Shown piece after piece: positions 46,101 through 57,800 of a stretch of 64,000 nucleotides of DNA (positions are counted from its first letter, which is position 1; every line of letters begins with the position of its first letter). The stretch spans positions 31,796,773 through 31,860,772 of the forward strand of contig OZ037766.1 in NCBI GenBank assembly GCA_964035545.1. Direction: 5' to 3'. The notes beneath the pieces are model-generated. The model was not told where the DNA came from, did no database searches, and saw only the letters and a program-made list of their open reading frames with translations. The translations under genes and the position numbers were made by a program. Origin of the DNA: Bugula neritina (lineage: Eukaryota > Animalia > Bryozoa).

Positions 46101-48375
46101 AGTTTGTTCACTATGAGGTCTACCAACAGTCCACAGTTCTTCTTGATACATATCTGAGATGACAACACAACAATCACAATTAAATATTTCAGAAACTCTT
46201 AATAAACGAGAAACATTTCATTACATGTAATATTCAGCAGTGTGCACTGCAGTATGAATTGATTAAATTGATAATAAAGAGACTACTATTTGAACCTGCG
46301 TGTATGGTAAAGCCTTTCTTGACTATGGAAGCATCAGTGTGGTTTTAGATGACTGCATAATTTACTAATTCTATAGATTTCATAACACAGGTAATGGCAG
46401 GTATTACTATGGTACTTTTCCTACAGTTGGGCTGTGGCAGGTATAGCAACTTATTATCATGTATGTACTATTACCACACTATACAAACTAGGTCATCCAT
46501 TGACCTAATAAAAATGTACCTGCATGTTGCACTTACCTTATACTACACTTACCTTATACTACACTTACCTTATACTACACTTACCTTATACTACACTTAC
46601 CTTATACTACATTTACCTTATACTACACTCACCTTATACTACACTCACCTTATACTACACTTACCTTATACTACACTTACCTTATACTACACTTACCTTA
46701 TACTACACTTACCTTATACTACACTTACCTTATACTACACTTACCTTATACTACACTTACCTTATACTACACTTACCTTATACTACACTTACATATATGT
46801 TACACCTACCTGTATGTCATACTTCCAGCCGTTGACCGCATCATCGGTGAGAATTTTAGTGAATGATAGAGTTAGCCCATCTCTGTAGAAATTCTGACAA
46901 GGCTCACACTGATTGTCAATACCTGCAGTATACGTAACTCAGACTACATCAATCTGCTAGCGAGATGATAACTCCCAATTTACTTGCCATTGTAGACACA
47001 CAGCTTATAGCTGTACTTTGAAGCATGCAATGTCTATGTTCATTGTACAGTACAGGGAGTATTGATTGTTTAATGTGTGTGTGCAGTGCAGCTTTTGCCA
47101 ATGTGTTAATATGTGCAGCCCTGAACAGAAATGTACATTTAATGACTGAATGGGAATCCTACTAGTTTCTTTACGTATTGTGTTGTCACATTCCATTCTA
47201 CTAGCTAACTAATGCTATAGGAGTGAGAGTGGGGGCAAGTGAGTCATGGTAGCTGTACAACCAACACAAACCTCTGCCCAGTCAGAATTTAGAATACAAA
47301 CCTTTGTTGCTCATTCTAATGGCTGCCATAAGCAGCACCTCCAGTTCCCCTTCTGGCAGCACAGGCACCACCCAACGAGGTTTGTTGATCATCTCATCTA
47401 ACTTAGCCAGTTTATCAACTGGGAAGACGAGGCCCCCTCCCTCCTCATCTTGAGCCTCCAGTTCATCATGCTAAGTAAAGAGCAGATGACAATCAGAAAT
47501 AGACACAGCAAGGGTTGGTATGAAATACTGTAGTCAGAGTTCTATAATTTGGGCACAATAATGAGGCAATTTCTGTTCCCTGCATTCAAAGCATTAAAAG
47601 TGGGTTCAAAGTTCAAAGATGGAGACTTTGCTGTTGAAAATACTTCTAAACTTAAAAAGCATTTATATACTGTGAAAGAGTAAAGACCAAGCTAATCCAC
47701 AGCCATACTTGTTGTATGCAACCTAATAACATAGTCTCATAAAGTGAACACCCTGCGTGTAGTCCAGTGATTATGTCTAGATAATAAATGGTGAAAGTGG
47801 AAGAGCTGTGCAGAGCAGTTTATTGACTAAGTTCCAAACTATATAACTGCAGAAGACACAACACCCGTAGAAGGTGTAAACTACAGGGAGTCTTGTTATT
47901 AGACTACGGACTCGCAAGTCCAAAGCGCAGACTGAGAGTCAGCAGTAAAATTTGTCTGCACTTTGTATTCTATTAGCTGAGTCGATTTGAATATAAATTT
48001 GTAGGTCAAAAAATAGTTCCATGATAAAGTTGAACAATACTTTAATGATTCCACTTCAGCATTTTCATTTCGCTAGATTACATAATGAACAGGACAGTTG
48101 CTAGAATTTGCATCAAATGTGGTGGTTTTGGAAAACTAAGAAAAAGGCCTTTAGCTGTTTAACATATGTGCAGAAGCCCTAAACACACAGAATGTGTGAC
48201 TCACTTGTACAGGGCTGTTGCCACGGCGACCAGAGTCAGCTGCCAGCTGTGAACTGTCGACATTGAGGTTGTCAGTCGGCAGCACGTCTGGAGGAGCAGA
48301 GCTGCCGGGCTGTGACGAGTCACTGGGGACTGTGGACGGTTTAGTGGATGGTGAAGGTACTACGTTAAGAGGCAT
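22108..48375 (-). CDS. USP9X: Ubiquitin carboxyl-terminal hydrolase USP9X / fat facets-like deubiquitinase (dozens of exons)
   Basis: [45 protein letters not shown], Cys box [22 protein letters not shown] (~30700-30770), [22 protein letters not shown], His box [18 protein letters not shown] (~26960-27010), [22 protein letters not shown], and C-terminal [21 protein letters not shown]. The start codon at 48375 is inferred. Confidence 0.95.
24255..24580. repeat. 34-bp minisatellite, ~9-10 copies, near a USP9X acceptor
   Basis: (TGAGTAGAGGAGACAACTACAACACTAGTTATAC)n. Confidence 0.93.
27086..27772. repeat. 24-bp minisatellite, ~28 copies, containing CAG|GTAGT on the sense (minus) strand
   Basis: (ACACTACCTGTATATAACACTGAT)n fills the intron. 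Confidence 0.95.
28706..29988. repeat. 17-bp minisatellite, ~75 copies, containing TGTAG|GTAC on the sense strand
   Basis: (TACWAGTACCTACAGTA)n fills the intron. Confidence 0.97.
30827..31055 (-). repeat. ~42-44-bp array copying a USP9X acceptor region
   Basis: Units end ..AGTTATGTGTCAG, matching the true acceptor ..AGTTATGTGGTTGTCAG|GCGAATAC. Confidence 0.8.
33008..33106 (+). mobile_element. tRNA-derived SINE copy
   Basis: A box TGGTCTAGGGG and B box GGTTCGAACCC; about 100 bp match the reverse complement of 59503-59603. Confidence 0.75.
33678..35910 (-). repeat. 43-bp acceptor+exon-start array (~35 copies) grading into degenerate TA-rich repeats; fills a 2.2-kb USP9X intron
   Basis: Unit ..TGGTTTATACGTACTGTAG|ATGTCTA matches the true acceptor TACTGTAG|ATGTCTAAAGAT. 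Confidence 0.95.
36405..36745 (-). repeat. 21-bp array resembling the adjacent acceptor but with AC instead of AG
   Basis: Units GTTATACTTACACTACTCTGT versus true acceptor TATACTTACAG|TGCTG. Confidence 0.85.
37905..38272. repeat. (GAGT)n / (TTATAGTGAGTGAG)n microsatellite
   Basis: Direct. Confidence 0.93.
39463..39645. repeat. ~20-bp minisatellite abutting a USP9X donor
   Basis: (AGACACAAGAACAAGGTAAAC)n. Confidence 0.9.
40308..40638. repeat. 19-bp minisatellite, ~17 copies, abutting a USP9X acceptor
   Basis: (AGAGGTGTGATGATGTCAY)n. Confidence 0.95.
41065..41292. repeat. 33-bp x7 minisatellite
   Basis: (ACCAGCACACGTTGTTGTATGTTGCTAGGGGAG)n. Confidence 0.92.
42285..42890. repeat. Two adjacent minisatellites, (TATACTCWCT)n and (GTGAAAGTGAAAGTACACA)n, filling one intron
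   Basis: Direct; one array at each intron end. Confidence 0.92.
44083..44140 (+). mobile_element. Degenerate tRNA-like/SINE head fragment
   Basis: GGAGC...TAGTCTAGTGGTT..GTGCTGACCTAGTAAACAC resembles the 5' half of the 33008 element. Confidence 0.4.
46530..46792 (-). repeat. 16-bp x~16 array of perfect 5' splice-site consensus (AAG|GTAAGT)
   Basis: Plus-strand (ACTTACCTTATACTAC)n = minus-strand GTAGTATAAG|GTAAGT, beginning ~20-30 nt inside the intron after the true donor CAG|GTAGGT. Confidence 0.93.
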
Positions 48376-48872
48376 CTTTCACATCCACATTATTCAAGCT
48401 AGTAAACAAACCTGTAAACAAGTCAAAAGGGTTTTATAATTGTGAAAGTCCAAGATATTATGTAACTCCATAAAAGGCCTAGTAATGTTGCTAGTTGACC
48501 TGGTTAGAGATAGGACTGGTTGTAGCCTGGGAGTATAGGATGCTGGTGCCTTGACCAAGCTTACAGCAATGTCAACTATCACATAACGCAGTCAATATGT
48601 AACAGAGGCATATATATAGGAAAATAGCCGCTATGTACATCTTTTTCTGCTGGTGAACTATTAGGTTGAAAAACATTTTGTGCAGTTATAATACTTATGC
48701 ATTGCATAAGTATTATAACTCGTATCAGAGCACCATACCAGAAATACTAAACATTTAATTATTTTTTAGCAAAAAACACTACTTTGAAGCCTATGCTACA
48801 AAAAAAGACAGTAAAAATCAGACAAAAATCTGGTACCAGATAAATTATGTTATTTTTACTGTGCAGTAATGC

Positions 48873-49210
48873 AGTGACTATGAGATACTGAGTCACAGTA
48901 GAGTGACTATGAGATACTGAGTCACAGTAGAGTGACTATAATATACTGAGTCACAGTAGAGTGACTATAATATACTGAGTCACAGCAGAGTGACTATGAG
49001 ATACTGAGTCACAGTAGAGTAACTATGAGATACTGAGTCACAGCAGAGTGACTATGAGATACTGAGTCACAGTAGAGTGACTATGAGATACTAAGTCACA
49101 GTAGAGTGACTATGAGATACTGAGTCACAGCAGAGTGACTATGAGATACTGAGTCACAGTAGAGTCACTATAATATACTGAGTCACAGTAGAGTGACTAT
49201 CACATACTGA
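48873..49210. repeat. 29-bp x~11 minisatellite carrying TGAGTCA in nearly every unit
   Basis: (AGTGACTATGAGATACTGAGTCACAGTAG)n, ~500 bp upstream of the USP9X ATG. Confidence 0.93.
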
Positions 49211-51853
49211 GAGATGATCAACACTGTTTGTATTATAAGAAAGATTAAGATGTACTTACTATAAAGAATCCCTGATACACTTCATTTATATAGTACTAAA
49301 ATATACCTATATCTTAGCTTTCTTCTACATGTTAGCAGGTTGTATGCTTAAACAAGTTTGCTCTATAATAAATTCTGTGAACACATATCTTCAATTGATC
49401 ACTTACTGATGTCTTTTCCAGTTGGTTCTGAATTCAGTGGTACTATAAAACTAACAGTAATTATGGCTAATTTTCATTCCATGCTATTCCTAGCTGCTGC
49501 AACACACAGCCTAATCACTGAATTGGCTTGAAAATTAAAGCTTTGCACTTTCAAACCAGCTCAGTGTTCAAGTCCGTAGATGATAGCCAAGATACATGTG
49601 ATTATTTTATTATTGTATAAATGAAGTGTGTCAGAGATTCCCTAATTAACATAACACTTTCCGCATTGTAAAGTATTTCTTACATTGCCAAAAGGCAAAG
49701 AATGTGTTGATAAGGTATAAAGATGAAGGCATAACATACTTCTACCCTCTTATACGATGCAATATATTTTTTGATTACAATAATGTAGATTCACAACTTT
49801 CTATTGATAGAAAAGGTGCAGAAGGATTTTATACAGTCAGTGACTGCACTACACGTGATACAAAGATAAACTAAAGCTCAATTTTTCACTTGTGCAGTTT
49901 ATAACTTTAATTCATCACCATTTTCATTGAGCAGCAGCAGCACAAACCAATCAACTCTGACTGGCTGATCAGTTTAGAAACTATGTGCTTGTGCTCACTT
50001 GAAGAATATTATCACCAAAATAGACTTGTGATGAAGTAGTGCAACAACTTTATGCTATTTGACATACCAATTGTGCAAGAACCTCACACCATTTGAATGT
50101 TCTCTCAGGCACAATTGTAACCTTATTGACATCTATAGAGGTTTAAAATAAAAAACGGACATAAGGGAAAACTTTTTGTATCATCAATAAACTAATATTA
50201 CATCAATCATGATCATCAATCATTCAAAATCCATGAAATGAACATTTAAATTGTTATTGTAACAATTACCTTTATAGATTCAATCATAGCAAATACAATG
50301 AGTGACACAAATAATAGAATATACAGACTTATTTTACTCACTTAAACTAAAATTATTTAAATGCGCTACAATTTTTCTTTAGTCAACTTGCAGTTATTAT
50401 TATAAGTTATAGTAATACTAATAGTTGCAGTAAATTAAAAGTTAAATTAGTTAATATTATACTAATAGTAATACTTACTTTTGCTTTAGTTTTAAACTTA
50501 TGTCTTATAGTTAGAGTAAATAATAGTTACTCACTTAGGATAATAATGATATGTTTATTAGTATTACTTAGAGTTATTGTAAACTGTTATGTACTTATTG
50601 CTATTACTGTTGGTTTGTATATTAGTGTTCCTATTATTGCTTTATTAGTAACTAAAAACTATAAGTATTACAGCTACTACTCTATCACCATCAGTATCAC
50701 TGTGACTGTATCAGTGTGAGTGTGGGTATTGCATTTTAATCTCAGAGTCTAAATTAGTATCACTGTCGCTTATCACTATCATCTATCACTATCAGTATCA
50801 ATCACAATGTGAATGCCATATTCATATTGATATTCACTGACACTATGAGTATGAGTATAAGATTAGGTATGGTCTAATAGTAATAGATTACTAATACTAA
50901 TAGTAATAGCAACATCACTTCAAGCTCATATATCGGCATCACTAGCAGTAAGACTATCACTATCAGTATGAGTATCTAACTGTCAGTATCTGCATTTTCA
51001 TTGGCATTGGGATTTTCAATTTGATTTGGACTTTCAGTTTCATTTTCCCCCAAACTTAAACTTTCAATAGAGAGAAATCGGTGAGTTGAATTAAAACTTA
51101 AAGTTAAAATTGGTCAATACTAATATTAATAACACTATTTTGTTAAACTATAATCACAACAATAATCGTCATCATAATGATAAAATAACAATTGAAATAA
51201 AATTGAATGAACTGCTGCTAGTATAAGTATTACTCAAAGTGAGTCAATTATTATTGAATTTAATAGTGACTTTGATAAAACTAAACGAAAATAAAAAATG
51301 TTATTCGCTGCATTTAATAATATGAAATTTTTGAAAAAAAAACATAAAATCATCAGCTCATTAGTTATCAATATATATTTGACGAATATCCTTAGGCTTA
51401 TGGCTATCATTCTGGCTATTAATTATTGCTAAAACTTCACTGCAAGTTGAATGCATCAAACTCTGTAATCATTATGTCCCTGTTAACTGTTTAGCGGCGT
51501 AATTTCTATATTGGCAAGTTTGATAATAGAGAAGACAACTCTTTAAACGCGAATGCTTTCACAAATTGTGGTGATGTGGCTTCCGCTTCTTTTACGGTCC
51601 CGGTCCTGAGTGCTCAAACTTGCACGTCGAACTTTGTCAAGGACATCAATCGTGCAGGGAAGCCGTTTAGCACTAGCAGCTCATTCAGTCATTGAATTGC
51701 TAGTGTATTTACTTTTTCTTAGCGGCAGCCCAGTAATTATTAACAATAACATTATACATATAGGTTGTTCATTTGAAAATTCTCAAAATTGTGGAGTGCA
51801 GGTATTTTAATTGAATATTTTTGAAAACATTGTAAATAAATATAACTTTACAA

Positions 51854-54800
51854 ATGGCAGCTAAAATACTGTCTTTTAAATCACTTCAAGTTCAACACTA
51901 CAGTAAAATGAAGTTCAACATCAACATGAATTTGAGACTAAAAAGACTCACAGTTGAAAGATCGACGCTATGTCTGCAATATCAACAGCCACAGATGTCA
52001 CCTGGTCTAGGTGTAAGTGTTAGCTTTTCCCATTGTTACCAACAGTAACTAAGTCTAATAACTTACAGTTATGAGTTACTTGAAGTGCACTGATGGTAAG
52101 CAATTTCAAATTTATCGTAATGATTATTATGTTATTATAAATTAATTTGACTCAGACTGTTACTGATCGTGATAGTCAATGTCATACTATCATCGGAGTT
52201 GTTGTTAGGATCAAGAGAAGATGAGCAAGTAAGACTAGTAAACAAAGTCAATAATTATAAATATAATCAATGATAATTGGATAAAAAGTTTAGATTGTCT
52301 GTTTTACTAAAGCTTAGCTTAGTTAGTGAAACTGCTCTTGCATTCAGAACATTTTGAGCATAAAGGGGCACAGAGTGAAATACTTTAAAGCTTAAACCTC
52401 TACTGCAATGTTATGATCAGGAGTAAGCAAAAGCAAAGCTGTATCACTGTACTGACTGCAAATAAATTAAAATGCTATTGAATTGAAGCATTATTATTAT
52501 TTGAAAATGAAATACAATACATTTTAATGCAAATTGTTAATTGTAGCCGTAAGTGACTCAAGACTATTGTTGAAAAAAATTGTCACCTATTCTGTTTGAT
52601 TATTGAACTCAGGTATAATTATTTGTAATTGTGTTTTAATTTATATAATTTTAAATATATATGTAGGTTAGATTACTATCTACATCAAAGTCTCTCGGTT
52701 TTATGGAGAAGCGATATTGGAACACCGTATTTAGTCAGTCTGAACCCGTAAGTATGTCTTAACTTTAGCAGATTTGCAATTTTTGTTACTTTTGATTGAG
52801 TTTCGATTTCTCATTAGTTGATTTGTAAAATTTCACATATGTAGTTTGACAATAACCAACTTTAACATTCACGTTGTTTGAGCTGATGAGTATAATATAT
52901 TTTTGTTCTAAAAATGTTTGACAGTACAAATGTTTCACTTAAAAATATCTTTCGTTTGAAAAATGCTAGTTACTTGTGGCTCTGTTTGACAGAAATTCAA
53001 CAAAGTTCTCATAGCCAACAGAGGTGAGATAGCATGTCGAGTCATTGAGACGTGCAGACATCTCGGTATCAAGTCGGTAGCCGTCTACAGTGAAGTAGAT
53101 TGTTTTGCTGTAAGTACAATTGGAGTTATCATTCTTATTGCATGTATATATTTACAGTTGCAGTTGTGGTTTCTATTGCCAGGCTTTGGTAATTTTCTTA
53201 AATCTAATAATTTTCCAAGTGTATACATGGCTTTGCTTGTTTTATTCTTTATTGTTTGTAGACTAGTAATTATTTGCCTTAAAATTAGAACTAATTGCAT
53301 GGTAATATCCTTTCGTTTTACAAATATGTAAATTATTGAATCTTATATATTAGTTTATAATTTGATTCGACTTTAGTATAATAAAGCATATTAAATGCTG
53401 TGTGGCTTAATAATAAGTAAGATGTGTCTTCTACTCACTTATATTTCTATATCATCTTTTCAAACAAAATTTATTATCTTCTACATTTTGCAAATCTTTT
53501 GACAAGATTTTCATCTAGACCAACATTATTGCAGCCTCACGTGCGATTGGCTGATGAAGCCGTGTGTATTGGGCCTGCTCCTTCTAGTCAGAGTTATCTC
53601 GTCATGGAGAATATTGTTGAAGCTGCCAAAAATACTGGCGCTGACGCAGTGAGTACGCTTATATGTTTCTAAATTGCATGTTTGTTCCCATGATTGTAGA
53701 AATTTGAGATCTACAAAACCAACGGAGGGAATATTGCTAATATACAGTAAATCAGTGCAAGTTTGTTCGATCTAGTATTTGAATAATCAAATTCTAGTCT
53801 GTAGTTTTAGCTTTCACTGCAAATATGAATTCAACATAGAGCTTCTACCGCCCCTTGTAAGATACTCTATTCTATGAATATGTTCTGTCTGTGTGTCTCC
53901 AGGTTCATCCGGGGTACGGGTTTCTCTCCGAGAACATGGACTTTGCAGCCAAGTTGGTGAGTTGCGTTATTTGCAGTTGTCTTCTCCTTAGTATTACACT
54001 ATAATTATTGTGATTATCTCTTCCTGAAATTAAACTATTTTGTTGTTATCTCCTCTTGAGATGACATATTGCTGTTGCTTTGTGTTGGCTCCTTATTCTT
54101 TACACTCAACTTTCATGTAATAAATTTCACTTCTCTGTGATGGATGATCTAAATGTTAGCCTGTTTCTCTTACTCGTAGACTGAGAACAACATTGTGTTT
54201 GTGGGGCCCAACAGTCGGGCTATCCACATGTTGGGGGATAAGATAGAGAGCAAGCGGATAGCTAAAGAGGCTAATGTCAGCATTGTGCCCGGCTTCGACG
54301 GGGAAGTGCAGACAGGTGATGATGCAGTCCGGATAGCCAATGAAATCGGTTAGTCACACACTTTATAATATATTATACTATATTACATGTTATACTGTCT
54401 TGTGTATTATATTATCTTATATATTATACTATATTATATGTTATACTGTCTTGTGTATTATATTATCTTATATATTATACTATATTACATGTTATACTGT
54501 CTTGTGTATTATATTATCTTATATATTATACTATATTATATGTTATACTGTCTTGTGTATTATATTATCTTATATATTATACTATATTATATGTTATACT
54601 GTCTTATGTATTATATTATCTTATATATTGTACTATATTATATTATAAAATTACTATGTCTGGTGAGAAATCTAACATATTGTTGCACGAGAAGTTTTCT
54701 GCGAATGTTGAGAGTTGTGTCCTATGTTTATTCCTGCATGGACATTACTCGGCATTGCCAAGTTGATCTCATCTCCCTAAGTCAACCTGTTGGTGTCTTC

Positions 54801-57800
54801 ACTGTGTATCACGTCTCCTGTGTGCCACCTACACAGGTTACCCGGTGATGATAAAGGCGTCGGCTGGAGGCGGAGGCAAGGGAATGAGAATTGCCTGGAA
54901 CGACGATGAGACAAGGCAAGGTTTCCGGCTCAGCAAGAACGAAGCCAAGTCAAGTTTTGGAGATGATCGTATGCTGATAGAGAAGTATATAGACAAGCCA
55001 AGGCATATCGAGTTTCAGGTATATTAATGTCCTGTGAATTAGATGTGTAAGAGGTAGATCTCCTACAGTTCAACATCTGCACTTTGTTTAACATGCAAAT
55101 GTTAGCAACGCTTACAGTTTACATTAAAAATAAGTATTTATCTGTTTACTACTTTTTTCTATCAAAGTTGATTAATATTTCTAATATCACTGTATTCATC
55201 TTAAGATGAATGCACTGGTGTCTGAAATATTAGTTTACTTTAATAAATAAAGTAGTCAACAAATAGAATGTTTTCCCTTTCACTTAATGTAATTAAATTG
55301 ATAGCCCCTACAGATACAGTTGCAATGTGTACTTATGATTTGTGAAGGTAATGTGTGACCAGCACGGCAATGCCATCTACCTGAATGAGAGAGAGTGCTC
55401 AATACAAAGACGCAATCAGAAAGTCATTGAGGAGGCCCCTAGCACCTTCCTCGACCCAGAAACTAGAGCTGCAATGGGAACACAGGCTACAGACCTTGCA
55501 AGAGCTGTAGGCTACGACTCCGCAGGTTGGTCAGCTCATTGTAAAGTGTAACTTCATGTAACTCTTTGCTACTCTGTCTGTTAGGTATTATATACTCTTT
55601 GTTACTCTGTCTGGTAGGTAGTATATACTCTTTGCTACTCTGTCTGCTAGTTATATACTCTTTGTTACTCTGTCTGGTAGGTATTATATACTCTTTGTTA
55701 CTCTGTCTGGTAGGTAGTATATACTCTTTGTTACTCTGTCTGGTAGGTAGTGTATACTCTTTGTTACTCTGTCTGGTAGGTAGTATATACTCTTTGTTAC
55801 TCTGTCTGGTAGGTATTATATACTCTTTGTTACTCTGTCTGGTAGATATTATATACTCTTTGTTACTCTGTCTGGTAGGTAGTGTATACTCTTTGTTACT
55901 CTGTCTGGTAGGTATTATATACTCTTTGTTACTCTGTCCGGTAGGTAGTATATACTCTTTGTTACTCTGTCTGGTTGGTATTATATACTCTTTGTTACTC
56001 TGTCTGGTTGGTATTATATACTCTTTGTTACTCTGTATGGTAGGTATTATATACTCTTTGTTACTCTGTCTGGTAGGTATTATATACTCTTTGCTACTCT
56101 GTCTGGTAGGTATTATATACTCTTTGCTACTCTGTCTGGTAGGTATTATATACTCTTTGTTACTCTGTCTGGTAGGTATTATATACTCTTTGCTACTCTG
56201 TCTGGTAGGTACCGTAGAGTTTCTCATCGACTCTGAGCGGAACTTCTACTTCCTGGAGATGAACACCAGACTTCAAGTGGAACATCCAATCACAGAGATG
56301 ATAACAGGGGTAGACTTAGTCCACCAAATGTTGCGGGTAGCCAAGGGTCACCCTCTCACACACACTCAGCAGGATATTGGTAGGTTCTAGACTTCTGGCT
56401 AGTGCTCTGTTTACACGCTGCCGCTACAGTTGCTGCCAACAGCTACTCTCAAATTACCTGCTGACTTGTAGGTATAACTGGCTGGGCCGTGGAGTGCAGA
56501 GTCTACGCTGAAGATCCATTCAAGGGGTTTGGTTTACCCAGCGTCGGTCGTCTGAACAAGTACAAGGAACCCACACATGTATCTGACAAGGTATACCTCA
56601 GCTCTATCCTACACTATCCTATACTATCCTACACTACGACATTACTCACCACATTATATCTCTTTTTTTACCCTGGTGCATTCAGCAGTTCCTAAATTGT
56701 GTAAACTTTAATGCAAGAGTTTTAACATTAGCATAAGACATTGACTTTCTTTCCTTCCTATTTTCAATATCTGTGCCTTTCAAGTAAACTGTAGCAGCCT
56801 GTATTATAATGGCACTTGTTTGCTGACGCTGTGGTCATGTTTCAGATACGTTGTGACAGCGGAGTGGAGGAAGGAAGTGAGATCAGTGTGTATTATGACT
56901 CCATGATCTGCAAGGTAATGTCCTCCAACTGTAAAGTCTCTTTCACTGAGCTCTTTGTTAAGTGTTGATTATTTCTAGTTTTCTTTTCAATTAGAGGTTT
57001 TATTGACAGTGTTTTTTTTTCTAAATAATCAAACCACTTTTTATGATTTTCAACTTTATGTGTAACGTATTGAAGTCATTATGAAGCAGAGTGTGAAAAT
57101 AGCAGAGTGTAACTCCGTAGTCTTAGCTGCACCTTGCAGTACTTATGTTCCTCCAACATTCACCTCTAACCACCTGTTTCCAGCTGATCACCCACGGCCA
57201 GGACAGGCAGGATGCTCTCGATACGATGTCAGACGCTCTAGACCAGTACGAGATTCGAGGCGTGACTCATAACATTCCGTTGCTGCGGGACATTGTTCAA
57301 GAGGAACGGTTCAAAGCTGGGGACACAACTACCAACTACCTCGCAGAAGTCTACCCTGAGGGCTTTAAGGGTAGGACATCATCTTATGTTGAGTTATCTA
57401 TGGCCACGTCATGCTTCACAGCTCTTTGCATGGAGTTGTCTGTTCATTTTAGAATCCTTTTGAGTTTTGGTATATTGCCTTTGCCCATACTCTGATAGAA
57501 ATAACTTTTTATTTGTGAAATTTCACCGCATGAGGATGTCCTATGCTAATAATGGTGGTGTTGAATAGCAGTAAAACCAAAGTTGACACGCCTATACTTA
57601 CACCTGGACAGAGTAAATGTTTGTATTCTTTCCTAGGTAAACAGTTAAACAGCTCCGAAGCTATGCAATTAGCTGCCATGGCTGCTTGTGTTAGATATAA
57701 ACAGGATGTGAGGTCATCATCTTTCCTCAACAACACCAGGTATTTCAACACGTGTAAACTTAATCTAACAGTTGAGAGTGAGGCTCCCTAAATTGTCACA

